Shown here: positions 1 to 11,000 of the stretch, piece after piece
Layout of the letters: each line of letters opens with the position of its first letter
Position numbering within the stretch: the first letter of the stretch is position 1
Source of the DNA: Takakia lepidozioides
Lineage: Eukaryota; Plantae; Bryophyta
Assembly: GCA_030704615.1 (NCBI GenBank)
Contig: CM060732.1
Coordinates: forward strand, 22,692,001 to 22,756,000
Length of the DNA: 64,000 bases
Direction: 5' to 3'
Notes under the pieces: generated by a model
The model's input: only the letters and a program-made list of their open reading frames with translations
Database searches by the model: none
Told to the model about the DNA's origin: nothing
Made by a program: the position numbers and the translations under genes

Positions 1-1
1 G

Positions 2-1905
2 GGAAAGAAGGCGGGCCGCAAACCAAAAGACAATGCTCTTGATGTCATAACCGTCTCACCAGCAAAGCCAAAGGACAAAGACAAGTCCAAAGAGAAGGAA
101 AATGACAAGGGGAATGAGAAAGAAAAGGAGATGGAAAAGGAGACTGGGTAGGACTTCACTGCTGGAAGATATACCCGCACAGTTCAGTGCGTGTTCGATG
201 CCAAGCCACACCCTTCCCGTTCTGATTCGGCAGGAGAGATTAAAATTGTCAATGAGGGTTGGCTGGCGATGATGCAGAGTCGAAAGAGAGGATACACTGG
301 GGTGCCTTCGCCTACCTGGGACAACATAATCTCATTCCTCAATCTGGTGAGAATTCTAGTTTCTTCCTTTTTCTCTGAAAGTTTCATTGGCAGTATTTCA
401 GTCTGGTTCTTTGAAAACATTCTTGCCATCGTTCTTAAAATAAACATGTCTGTTGTAGGTGAGCACTGGTCCTACCTTCGTGTGCGGTGTGCAGAAAACA
501 TATGCGGCTGACATTGTCATTCTCGACATCCCGGATGGCCAGGCTGTGCCAAAAGTTCTTCCAAAGGGCAAGACGTTAGGCTGGAACAAATTCGAGGACA
601 ACTACTGGAGTTGGGTGTTCGGGTTCTGTAATAATTTCCTCTCTGATGCATGGACACTTCTGCTTTTTCAGTCATGTGACAAAGATAGTCGTCGGGCATT
701 GACATCATACCTGAAGTCTTCAGGGTTTGAAGTTTTACGCACATGGAATTGTGTGAACAGCCTCTACCTTGTGAAAGGGGGTTTCCCTGGTCAGCTGGTA
801 TGCCGTCTCTCTTCTGCTTGTGCTTTCATGATGAGTTTCAATGTTCTCTGCAGCTCCACTCTAGAAGAATCTGTCATGATCGACACCGATCATCACCGAT
901 TCGTGATAAAAATGATTATTTTATGCCTGAGTTATGAATAGCCGATGTACACACTTCCACTATAGATTGTGTTTACCACACTAACCTGCTATCTTTGGCA
1001 GACGAGGATGTTCGAGGCAATCTACCTACGGAGGATTCGCACCTCAAAGACACCATCCTCCATCCGCAGCTTTGAGATTTCTGACCAGGGTTGTTTCGTC
1101 AACCCCCCCTATGAGCCGCATGTCGATGACATTTTGTACAACTTCATGCAGTCCAGTCAGACTCTGAAGAGACCAGATGGCACTCCCTGGAGAGGTGCAA
1201 AGGAAAAATCCCCAGCGTTCATGCAAATACTGCTGGAGTTATGCAGCCACCACTCTGCACGGGTGGTCGATCTTTCTGTGTCCACATGTTCGTTCTCTCC
1301 CTTCCGAATTGATTTTCTTTCAGCAGTTCCATCTGCTTAAATCCCCCCACCAAACTGTTCATGTCCTCCTGTCTGGTGTAGGAGCAACTTACCATGCATG
1401 CAAGGCAGGCGGAAGAAGCCTTTTTGGCATGGAGGGTGATTCTGACCTCTACAACACAGTGCTCCTCCCCATTTTGTCTGGCTCCACTTCAAGCACACAG
1501 ACTGATCGGATTCAAATTCGAAATGATGACGATCCCGAAGATAAGCAGGTCGACAACGACTTTTCATGTGAGTAAGTGCTAAACCCACTTTGGGAGCCAT
1601 ACTCAATTTCTCAATAACATCAAAGTTACAGTAATAACTTTTTCAGGCTGTCTTTCAGGAAAGGCAGCGGTGGATCTTCAGGAGATACAGTCATTTGTGG
1701 CAAGTCTGTTTTCGACAGCCCCCTTTCCAATATTCTGCTTCCTGATTATGCCGAAGCAATGGCACTTCACGCGGCCGAGTCCCTATCCCCTGACTTTTTA
1801 CTGCCCGGCCGTAGGTGTAGCCAGCGTAGATCCGGAGTTCTTAAATACTTAGACTTAGATGCAGATGAAGCGGGGATACATTGTACTGACTCTGAGTCAG
1901 ACTGA
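2..1905 (+). pseudogene. Intron-containing beta-class amino (N4C/N6A) DNA methyltransferase-like gene, copy 1 (5' end lies outside the window; two nonsense codons)
   Basis: Predicted exons <2-346, 459-797, 1002-1287, 1382-1571 and 1659-1905, all with GT-AG introns (branch site CTAAC at 981). The spliced product has ADIVILDIPDG (motif IV position), PWRGAKEKSPAFMQILLELCS (motif X), RVVDLSVST(G)ATYHACKAGGRSLFGMEGD (motifs I-III) and an acidic tail. There is a TAG at 149-151, and a TGA forms across the 1287/1382 junction where Gly is expected. Confidence 0.72.
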
Positions 1906-2089
1906 ACTATGTTCTTTTAATATTCTGTTTCATCCTCTTTGGAAAACGTTGAATCCCCTTCCTCCACCGTAGTTGTTCCTTTGGAAAGAAAAATAATCAA
2001 AGAATCAACTACCATTTATATTGCAATATGTATGAATCCATCTCACAAACCTCCCTCACTCTTGTCATATCCATTGTGCTTTCATCTAC

Positions 2090-2400
2090 AGTGTATTCAT
2101 GCGTGCTCCATTCATGGATGTTTTCCTTTGTTCAACATCCATTGTACATTCATCCTCTGTACTCTTTAATCCACCCCACAAACCTACCACACTCATGTCA
2201 TATACGTTGTGCATTCGTCTAAAGTTTTAGTCATTCATCTTCTTGTCATGAATGTTTTCTATTGCTCAACATCCATTATACATTCATCCATTTGACTCTT
2301 ATCCATCCCTCATTCATCCATCTACATTCATTTTTCACACTCATCCATCTGTTTATCATCCAACTGTACATTCATCCATCCTTTATTCATCTGTTGCTTT
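2090..2400. repeat. Low-complexity CATTCATCC-type repeats
   Basis: Many imperfect (C)ATTCATC(C) units downstream of the MTase-like gene. Confidence 0.6.
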
Positions 2401-2622
2401 CAGGTGGGAATGACCACTGCCTTTTATTATGTTGTCCAGCTTGTTTCCGCGGTAAAGGGTGCCAATCCGCGGGAATACACTCCACTTCTTCCTGGGCGCG
2501 TGGTGACGCGGTCTTCAAGTGTGATGACGTGGAGTGAGCCCCGTGATGTGGCATTGGCGCAAGGTGACGTGGCGTGAGCGTAGTTGCGCTCACGTGACCA
2601 GGCTCACGCCGAGGCATCCCTG

Positions 2623-5600
2623 TACAAAAAAGGGATAGAACCAATCTCTCTAACTATAGGCCCATCACCTTGTTGAATGTCGCTCACAAAATCATCGCTA
2701 AAGCCTTGGCCCTCCGCCTCCAACCTCTTCTGCCCACTCTTATCAGACCCGATCAAACAGGATTTATCAAGGACCGTTATATCATGGATAACTTTCTTTT
2801 GGCTCAAGAGATTCCAAACTACGCCAAAAAAACAAACCAAGCCATAGCCCTTCTTCTACTAGACTTTGAAAAAGCGTTTGACAGGGTAGAGTGGTCCTTT
2901 TTGCTTGCTGCAATGGCAAAAATTGGGTTTCCACAATCCTTCACTCAATGGGTCAAGATTTTGCTTTCAACATCCACCAGTAGAGTCACGGTTAATGGGG
3001 CACTGTCCAAGCCCTTTCCCCTTCAGAGGTCAGTTCGGCAAGGCTATCCACTGTCCCCATTTCTATTCCTCATAGTAGTGGACACCTTGGGGTATGCCCT
3101 CGAACACAACGCCCAATTGGCCGGGCTCAGAGTCAACAACTACATCACACAACAACCAGCATAGGTCAAGGATTCGATGTATGTAGATGACACTTTTCTG
3201 ATCCTGCAAGCCTGCTCTCAGAACCTAGATAGAGCCGCAGAAACATTACATATGTTTTGCTCGGCCTCGGGATTCAAGGTAAATTGGGGAAAGACTTGTG
3301 CATCAATTCAGCTCAGACCTTGGGGTAGATCCAATCTGGGGAGAACACTTAGGGCTCACATGGCTGAAACTAGGACAAACTACAAAGCTTCTTGGCTACA
3401 CATTTGGCATAGATCTCACGGACCAGCAAATGTTTGAACCTATCATCTCGAAACTCAGGCACAAAATGGCATATTGGGGATCCAAACATCTTACTATCAC
3501 AGGTCGAGCTCTCACAGCTAACCAAATATTAGAAGCAAGAATTTGGTTTTATGCCAGTTCCTGGAGACCCAACAAAGCTCAGATCCAGCAGATCAAGAGA
3601 ATGCTCAGAAACTACGTATGGGGGGCAGAAACCTCTTCTCAACAAAAAAGACCCCAGGTTGCTTGGAGCCACATCTGCCTCCCCAAAAAATTGGGAGGGC
3701 TCGGCGTTCTAGACCCCGAGACACAGATCAACGCTCTATTGGGCAAGTGGATTCCCCGTTTCATGGGACCCGAGGGAGGGTGGTGGAAATTTCTGGTGGC
3801 GGATAGCATACTTCTTGCCTCTCCACTTAAAAACATCTCGTGGTCCCCCTCTTTCCGCTGGATAGTTCATGGTTTTAAGCACAAAAAGCCTGGATCTGCG
3901 CTATGGAACGCTATTTGGCATGCTTGGAGTAAGCTGAGGGGCTTTCTATAGAAAGCACAGCCATCCACTTACTTCGAGCTCCTCAGGTAGAACCTCTTCT
4001 TGAATACCAACAAGCCCACACCCTCCCAACGAAAAGAGGCCAGCCGTTGGTCTACCTGGGACAAGTTAGGGATTTCACAGATTGGCCATCTCTGGCAGAA
4101 TGATGCTCTAAAGCCACAAAACGCGATTGCAGCAGTTGTTGGCAATGCAAGGATAGCAAGATCATACGCGGAGCTCATTCAATCTGTGGATCAGTAATGG
4201 CTGGGGAAATTGCAGGCAGGACCGATTTGGCCTTCTTACAACTATTGGGCACTCACAATCCTCAACAACATGCTGACAGTGCTTTTTGTTAGCCAGACCA
4301 CTTTGAACAACCATGTCGTACATACGTTCAGATTGACACTGTCACACTTGTTCTCCACCTGACTTCAACCCAATCGATGGTTCTCCCCCCATCTTCACTA
4401 ACACCGATCAGAGTATGTTGCTGGACATCTGCTCCAAGAGAGATGGATCCACAGCCGCCACCATTGATTTCCCTTGTTGCCTGGCTAACAACCAACACGT
4501 TCATATGGATACTAGGTAGGCCCTTGGCGGAGTTGCAGTTTGATCCCTCAGAATGGACATGGAATTTTGGTAGGCAACTAGAGCTTTTTTTCTCATACAC
4601 AACCAAACAGGGATACAAAGCATTACTAAATGCTCAACCACTCAAAACCAAATGGAGGCCAGGTGGGAGCACCATGGCTTCAGAGATGAAAACTGGACAT
4701 CAATATGGAGATCGGTATGGCACAAATCGAGACCAGCGAAGATGTCTGCATTTCTCTGGCAAATAGTTAACAGAGTCCTCAAAGTAGGCGAATGGTTACA
4801 GTTTCTGGATGCCCTCTTATGTGCTTGTTGTGCAACAGGAATCATAGAAAGCTTGGAGCATTGCCTCCTTCACTGTCATGCACCAGCAACAGTATGACCA
4901 CTTGTCAAAACCTTTTACTCAAATTTGAACCCCAGGCACTTCTCTGATGTTGATCTTTTTCTAAACTATGATACCAGTACCAAAACCACGACGGTTGTTT
5001 GTCCTGTCTTTGAAACACTTAGGGGTAGCACCCTGTGGCATCTATGGAAAGCAAGATGCACAAAAACCCTTTCTGGAGAAACAACTACTACCTCTTCTAG
5101 CTTGTGTTTTTAACGATCTTGGTACTGAATCCAGGAAGGCATGGGCCAAGTTATGTGCAGATATCAAATGGAAGCCTCGAATCGCAGCTGACAGCCATCA
5201 TAAGTTTTGCTCCACCTGGGGGAATCAGGGCCTCATCTGCTACAGTGAATGCCCAGACTCCTGCATCTGGTCCGACCTGCCACCTCCCTCATGGAGGGGA
5301 CTTTGTGCAGCACTCCACCGCGTCTCCCGAGTTTGAAAGGGACATTAATTGGAAACATCTTAAGTGTTCCACAAAAGCCTCACGACTTCACTATACCCAG
5401 GGATAGGTAGCCTCGGCCAATATTCAGGAAGACACTTTTAATGCCCACATAATTGCTTTATTAGAACGACAATCTAGACTTACTTTAAGGTCTAGGATCA
5501 TGGTCCATACAAATCGGTAGGAACCGATAAGGTCGCTAGTTCGATTCTAGTCAAGTTGGTTTCGACATATTCCCTTTACAAGGGGTCAAGGCTCGTTCTT

Positions 5601-5716
5601 TCACTAAATACGGTGTGTGCCTCATGGTGTAAAAGGGGTTTTAATTTTTTTCCCCGAATAATTTGCAATAAACCTAACCAGGGCCTCTGTCCCTGTTCTA
5701 ATATATATATATATAC
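2623..5716 (+). mobile_element. Degenerate L1/Tx1-like LINE (ORF2 RT through C-terminal zinc finger, plus 3' UTR)
   Basis: Motifs NYRPITLLN, DQTGFIKDR, LDFEKAFDRVEW, VRQGYPLSPFLF, MYVDD, PKKLGGLG and the zf-RVT-like CACC...ESLEHCLLHC. Several stops and frameshifts. Ends in (TA)n at about 5700-5716. Confidence 0.92.
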
Positions 5717-5754
5717 GATAAAGACTTAATATATTGAAATTGATTTTTTTAAAT

Positions 5755-6057
5755 TATTAATTTTTATTTTATTTTATTTTTTCCCAAGAACAGGGACGGA
5801 GCCCTGAGAACTTTATAAAATGATTATTTAAGGGAAAATAATAAAAACCCTTTAAATGCCCTCAGGCTGCCATAAGGCATAACACACGGAGGACCGTGCA
5901 GGATAGGTTCGGGACCATAACCAAGAGTGGACTCTCGAATGAACTGCATATTAATTTGCAACTCAATTGTTTTTTTAAATAATAATTTTTCATTTATATA
6001 TAAACTGATGGATCTTAAGGGACCTGAAGGGATCTGCGATCTGAATAAACTGAAACT
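5755..6057 (-). mobile_element. 5'-truncated LINE 3' UTR fragment
   Basis: A-rich tail on the minus strand. Terminal motif CAGGGCTCCGTCCCTGTTCTT resembles the ends at 5680-5700 and 11005-11025, and 5830-5880 resembles 11050-11100. Confidence 0.7.
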
Positions 6058-6208
6058 ACCAGTGAGCGGCTGTTGCCATTGCAGGGGACTCATAAGCCCC
6101 TATACCCAAGATGTTGGAGGCTGTGCCCTTTGGTGCACCCATAGTGGTCAATGATGGTCCATTATATCCAGCACTGCTGACAAACATCACCCCTTGTTTG
6201 TTTACCAC
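6058..6208 (-). pseudogene. TPP2: Isolated exon fragment of tripeptidyl-peptidase II
   Basis: After an AG acceptor at 6209-6210 it reads VVNKQGVMFVSSAGYNGPSLTTMGAPKGTASNILGIGAYESPAMATAAH, matching plant TPP2 ([41 protein letters not shown]). It is truncated at the LINE fragment. Confidence 0.85.
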
Positions 6209-6737
6209 CTGTATACATGCCAACATGAATAAGCACTGATTTTATCACAAACGTTCCAGCAAATTGAAGCAAAAGCAGCACCATTAATGTTACAACCACA
6301 AGGGAAAGAGTTTCATCACTCCTTGATCTCTATCTGCTTTACCCAACTAGGCAGGATCTATGGTGAACCTCTTCCTGCTTGAAAGTAAGATATGAATGCA
6401 GATGACCATTCACGCAATTCACAAAAATAAGCAGACAAATTAGTGCAAGATGAAACCAACTCACATCAGTGTAGTCATGAGCTGTGAGCCACCACAAGCA
6501 CTTGCAGGCAGTGTCACAAACTTGCGAAAGCTATAATATTTAAGAATTTTGTGGGCAATTTGGACCTGTCACCCTTTTGACCGGTCATGTGCTACTGTGG
6601 AAAACAGTCACAGTATCTGTCTTAGCTCATCATGTGTACTGTCGACTCAGCCCCTTAATCCATATCTGTCTCTCCACCTATTGAGAGAAAGAAAAGGTCC
6701 ATTTGAAGAGGGGAGTTACTTGTTCTGCCCCAGAAAG

Positions 6738-7200
6738 AAGAGCTTGGGCAGTCCACTTAGCTAGCTTGTTGGTATTGTTCTTAAGCTCTATGGCGAGAAC
6801 CTGCATCCATAAAGAAAGAAAAATAGATCATATAAAATGCAAATCAAATGATGGAGTACAACTTAGACCATAAGATGGCAAACTATATATCTGCCTTGGC
6901 CTAGTTTCAAAATCCTCCTTCCGGAAGCATATTCATATAGATATTGTGACAGTATAGGCCATGGCAGCTAGGAGAAAACACAAGAGGAATTTGTAGATTG
7001 AAGGTCCCAAAGCAGGATGAGATGCAGGCATATTATACTCACCACTCCTCGCTGGTTCTCAATCTTCTGCTGCCAGTCGACTCCAGTAATCGTGGAGTCA
7101 AACTCATTCAGAGTATTAACAGTCAACATAACCTCTTGGCCCTTGACTTCAGCCACACTCTGTAACTCACACCTTGCCACCAGTGTTGTTTCGTGGACAA
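6738..7200 (-). pseudogene. eIF3d: Two-exon fragment of translation initiation factor eIF3 subunit D
   Basis: LVARCELQSVAEVKGQEVMLTVNTLNEFDSTITGVDWQQKIENQRGV, then a GT-AG intron at 6801-7042, then [20 protein letters not shown]. This matches eIF3d (LNEFD...[33 protein letters not shown]). No other exons were found. Confidence 0.88.
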
Positions 7201-7723
7201 ACATCCAAAACCCATAATTAAGAACGTAAGAATCTTTTCATGCTTCGACAAATTTGCACACCCCACCATGTATGTCTAGATGGTTGTTGCAAATGTAGGC
7301 AGTCTTCAGATTCCCATTTAGTTTTTTTAGTGCCACCAACAAAGTTACAAACATTCTTAGTCCCAAAAACAATCGTGCATTGATGCCATGCAAAGAATAA
7401 GCAGTGTTGTGTGTACAGTTGGTTGGAATAGAAGCCGACGACAAATATTCCAGGGAAAATTGTGTACATGGCCACTAAAGTGGCTCTATCAGGTTTGCGT
7501 CATCATAACCATCACCAGTCACATAATACACCATCATGTACCATTAGGAGATGATGATCACCAGAAACCTCACACTTCAACTCTTGGATGAAACCTGTGT
7601 TTCAAAGTACAATTCCTGATAGGGCAAATCACATGAACGTGAGTCATTCTGTAAATCCACACTGTGCATGACTGCTGATAAGTAACCATTTGCACTTTCT
7701 GAATGGCTGGCAATGGAAAACAG

Positions 7724-7816
7724 GTTGAGCACCTAGTGACAGAGATGATATATTCTGTTGACCTTATTGACGAACAGATTCGGGTGGTCTTAGGGAAGAG
7801 GCTTCAATACACTCAG
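7724..7816 (+). pseudogene. accC: Isolated exon of plastid acetyl-CoA carboxylase biotin carboxylase subunit
   Basis: A 93-bp exon bounded by AG and GT reads VEHLVTEMIYSVDLIDEQIRVVLGKRLQYTQ, matching biotin carboxylase QVEHPVTEMISSVDLIEEQIRVA.GEKL.Y.Q. Confidence 0.85.
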
Positions 7817-8359
7817 GTATATGTTGCTTCCAACAAAATGCTTAGGAAGATGGATGCTCCTTTGACTGCATGGTGTGGGCACCTGGCCTGACCTCAAAGC
7901 CAGTTATGATCACTTGTGGGCACATAGTTATTAATTGTTGGCAGTGTTGTCTCCTCAGCTGGTTCTAGTCTGGTAATAATGGGAGATATGTGTGTGTAAT
8001 GTAGCACTGATTGTGCTCCTAACTTTTAATTGGCTTTGTAGGGCGGCTTGCATGACAGTCATCATCGGATTCACTGTCCAGACCCATTGGTCTATTCCGT
8101 CCCACCAACTTATAGTCTTCTATATTAGATAAGAAAATGGACCGGGCTACTGTGAGAGAGACCATTCCTTAGGAGACATTTAATGTGCAGTTGTAGATAC
8201 ACTACTGATCACAAGAGGCATAAAACAAAGCACTCTGGCTAGCACAAACGTGAAACATGGCTGTGAGTGGCAATACACCACTGGTCAGGGGCAAGAGACA
8301 GACATGCAATGAAAACTTGTAAGTTTGTGGACGGAGGATAACTGGTGACAAAGGTAATT

Positions 8360-8600
8360 ACATGTTGTGAGTCAGTCAAGCTTATTGCATACACAAGATA
8401 GCGTCTAATGGTAGAGGAGTCTCGCTGGATGAGACACAAAGGGATGTGCTCGTTTCAACCAAAACTGCTCACACATGGGTTGCCACAGTGCATCAGCTGT
8501 GATCTTAGCTCGCCAGTGTGTACAAACTGCTGCACTTTGTGCCAGGCTGTATGCATCCAACCACCCCAAGATGTGGACTTGCAATCAATACACTAAGTAT
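8360..8600 (-). pseudogene. F-box protein N-terminal fragment (frameshifted)
   Basis: HILGWLDAYSLAQSAAVCTHWRAKITADALWQPMCEQFWLKRAH is F-box-like (L..A.VC..W......LW...C). It continues after a frameshift as IPLCLIQ...YAISLTDSQH to a GT. Confidence 0.65.
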
Positions 8601-9159
8601 CCCACCAGAAAAGGAACACATCTGATGTATAGAGAAGGCATGTCCATTTATTTACAAAGAAGAGTGGTAATTTGAAAGAAATGAATTAGATGTGCCATAA
8701 ATAGAATGTTTACCCCTCATTTTAACTGTTCTACAGCCAGGAAATCTCTAAACCTTGAACAATAAGTATCTAGTTCTGAGGTCACATCTCCTACCTCACC
8801 ACTGCCAGCAAATCAAAATCCTGTCACCTCATACTGAAAGACTGCCCGAGAGTATGATGTGCTGCATTGCAGACAACAGATCTTTTTATGTATCCCATAG
8901 TAAGAAGACCTTATACATCCTCCAGTAAATGCACTGAGTTTGAGTCCACTCACTTATAAGATCAACTAGAGAAAGAAACCTCTAGTAGAGACACAACCCC
9001 ATAATCATGCACTCAGCTGAATCAAAAGTGACATTTGCACACACTATAAAAGTTGAGATGCGGTGCACACTGCCAGTGAAGAAAAGGCATGTAAAGAAAT
9101 AGACTATGAACTATGTAGTCAACACACAACAAGCAAAAAGGAGGAAACTTGGGGCATAC

Positions 9160-9288
9160 CCCAAACTCGCAGATTGCAACTGTCTTGATTACCACGAGAT
9201 CATAATGGTCAATAAAGGGCAGAATTATTATATCCCCATAGTAATCTGCCTCCCCTTTCAACTGTACATCAATGTCCTTGTTTGCATG
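9160..9288 (-). pseudogene. Isolated exon of a GT31 hydroxyproline O-galactosyltransferase (GALT-type)
   Basis: A 129-bp exon bounded by AG and GT reads [43 protein letters not shown], matching plant GALT ([34 protein letters not shown]). Confidence 0.87.
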
Positions 9289-9805
9289 CTGAAGTCAAAC
9301 ACAACACCACATGGTGTTTAAAACCTGTGAGAGTAAGAAATATTTAAGCCTTGCTAATTATTTCATGGATCTCAATTACTAGGCTGCCTCACATGTAAAT
9401 GCCTGCCACGCACATCTTGTTATCACACAAATCTTATCACACATTTGATGTACCCTCATCGAAGTCATTGTTGCTTTCTGTCCCCTGGATTGCATTGATT
9501 ACAAGAGCTTCATGGGAAAAGGATTGGGTATGGTGTACCCTTGAGGGCATAGTCCTTGCGGATGTACTACTGCTCCCAAGGCTGTGGTATGGTAGGCCGT
9601 TTATCCCACCAGGCGACACAGCTCAGCCATTACTGCCATAGTTCTGAGAGGGGAGAGAAAGTAAAAGAGCAGAGGAGGTTCACCACCATCCCAAAAGACA
9701 TGCTCCAGTAATTTCAATATTAGAATTTGATTCTGGCTGCCAAAATTTTACCAGAACAGTCTGTCACTGAATCCGTTCAAACTCAGGAGATAAAGAGAAT
9801 GTACT

Positions 9806-9885
9806 CATAAGACTTTGTTTTCCGTAGCCTTGTTTGTGGCCATAGACCCCACGCCCAGTGAGGGAACAGACACTACCTTCGTGAG
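9806..9885. repeat. Short dispersed repeat (second copy near 16182-16280, inside an RPL1 intron)
   Basis: Both sites share CATAAGAC..TTT..CCGTAGC..TTTGTGGCCATAGACCCCACGCC...GAGGGAACAGACA. Confidence 0.6.
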
Positions 9886-11000
9886 GTAGTATTCATTGAC
9901 AATGTCCATCCACATCTCTATCCTGCCATCCTTTATCTCAACCAACGGCAAAAAAAAAACCAAATGGAGTCACAGCCATGTATATTAACCATCTCAAACA
10001 GCTCCTTCTCCTTTTCTTCAAATGATAGCTACAGCGAGCTACATGAGACAACAACACAGCACCTCAGGCCATGTTGGGTCTCACTTCATGGTATACGCAA
10101 TAGAACGATGATATTTCAGCCTATCAACCAACCTGTAATTGCTGTTGCAAGGATGTAAATAGAAGCCACACCTGCACGACCAATCACCAATACACAACCC
10201 TTAGTCAAGAGTTTGCAGACTTGGCACAAGAAACTCCACAAGGTTTCACAAAAACGAGCTTTGCCCCAACGTGTGACCAGAGTTGAGAACAAAATGAAAT
10301 TGTTGTGTGTCTTTGTTGGGCATAGCTAGTCTCCCATGCAGAACCCCACAATGCATCAAGCGGGTCAGAACCCAGATGCACCAATGCAAGGCACAAGGCT
10401 GGAAGTTAGAAAAATTGCTCGCTTATGACTATGAATTGCTGTCTGTAAATATTGCAGTAGCCCAGCCAACAACTACACTTTGTCATTGGACATTCGATAT
10501 GTGAGTTCCAGGTTTGCTGCCCTAAGATGCAAAGTTTCAGCACAGCTATGACATTTTCACTCTCGCTAATGTACTGCTGAACACGACATGATATAGATGA
10601 TGAACCCTAGATATCTCACTGCTCTATCGTTCTGTCTTCTCACCATCCCTCCTTCTAGGACAGACCATTACTGGAAACAAGAGACCATACATCAAATGAC
10701 CACACTTAGCTGGCCTACTAGACTAGGGGCGAACGCTCACAAACAAAATTTCCTTTATCCTACAATCATCCAGCAGATATTTTCAAATGCTGAAAACTTC
10801 ATGGCACCCATTTTTGCACCACAGTTTTACCGAAGGAGTGCATGACCACGGTGTAATCTAAGGAGTAGGGGTTCATTTGAGGAAGGTATTATCTGGGGAA
10901 GGCGTAACAGGGAGTTGACAATTTTTTTGACATAAATAATAGACAATAATGGAGCCTATCAATATATGAAGCAAGGTAATTTGGTTATTATAATTATAAT

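Larger units (their letters stand above)
1..2622 (+). mobile_element. Right part of a putative hAT-like DNA transposon carrying MTase-like copy 1
   Basis: Ends in ...GGCATCCCTG at 2622 (reverse complement CAGGGATGCC; the maize Ac TIR is CAGGGATGAAA). The GC-rich subterminal region 2447-2622 has repeated CGTGAGC/GTGACG motifs. It abuts the middle of a LINE RT reading frame at 2623. No transposase is visible in the window. Confidence 0.55.

Noticed and set aside
1098-1115. NPPY tetrapeptide as the MTase catalytic motif
   Set aside because: It is not conserved in copy 2 (DADV at the same position) and lies in the variable region. The aligned motif IV position is DIPD/DILD.
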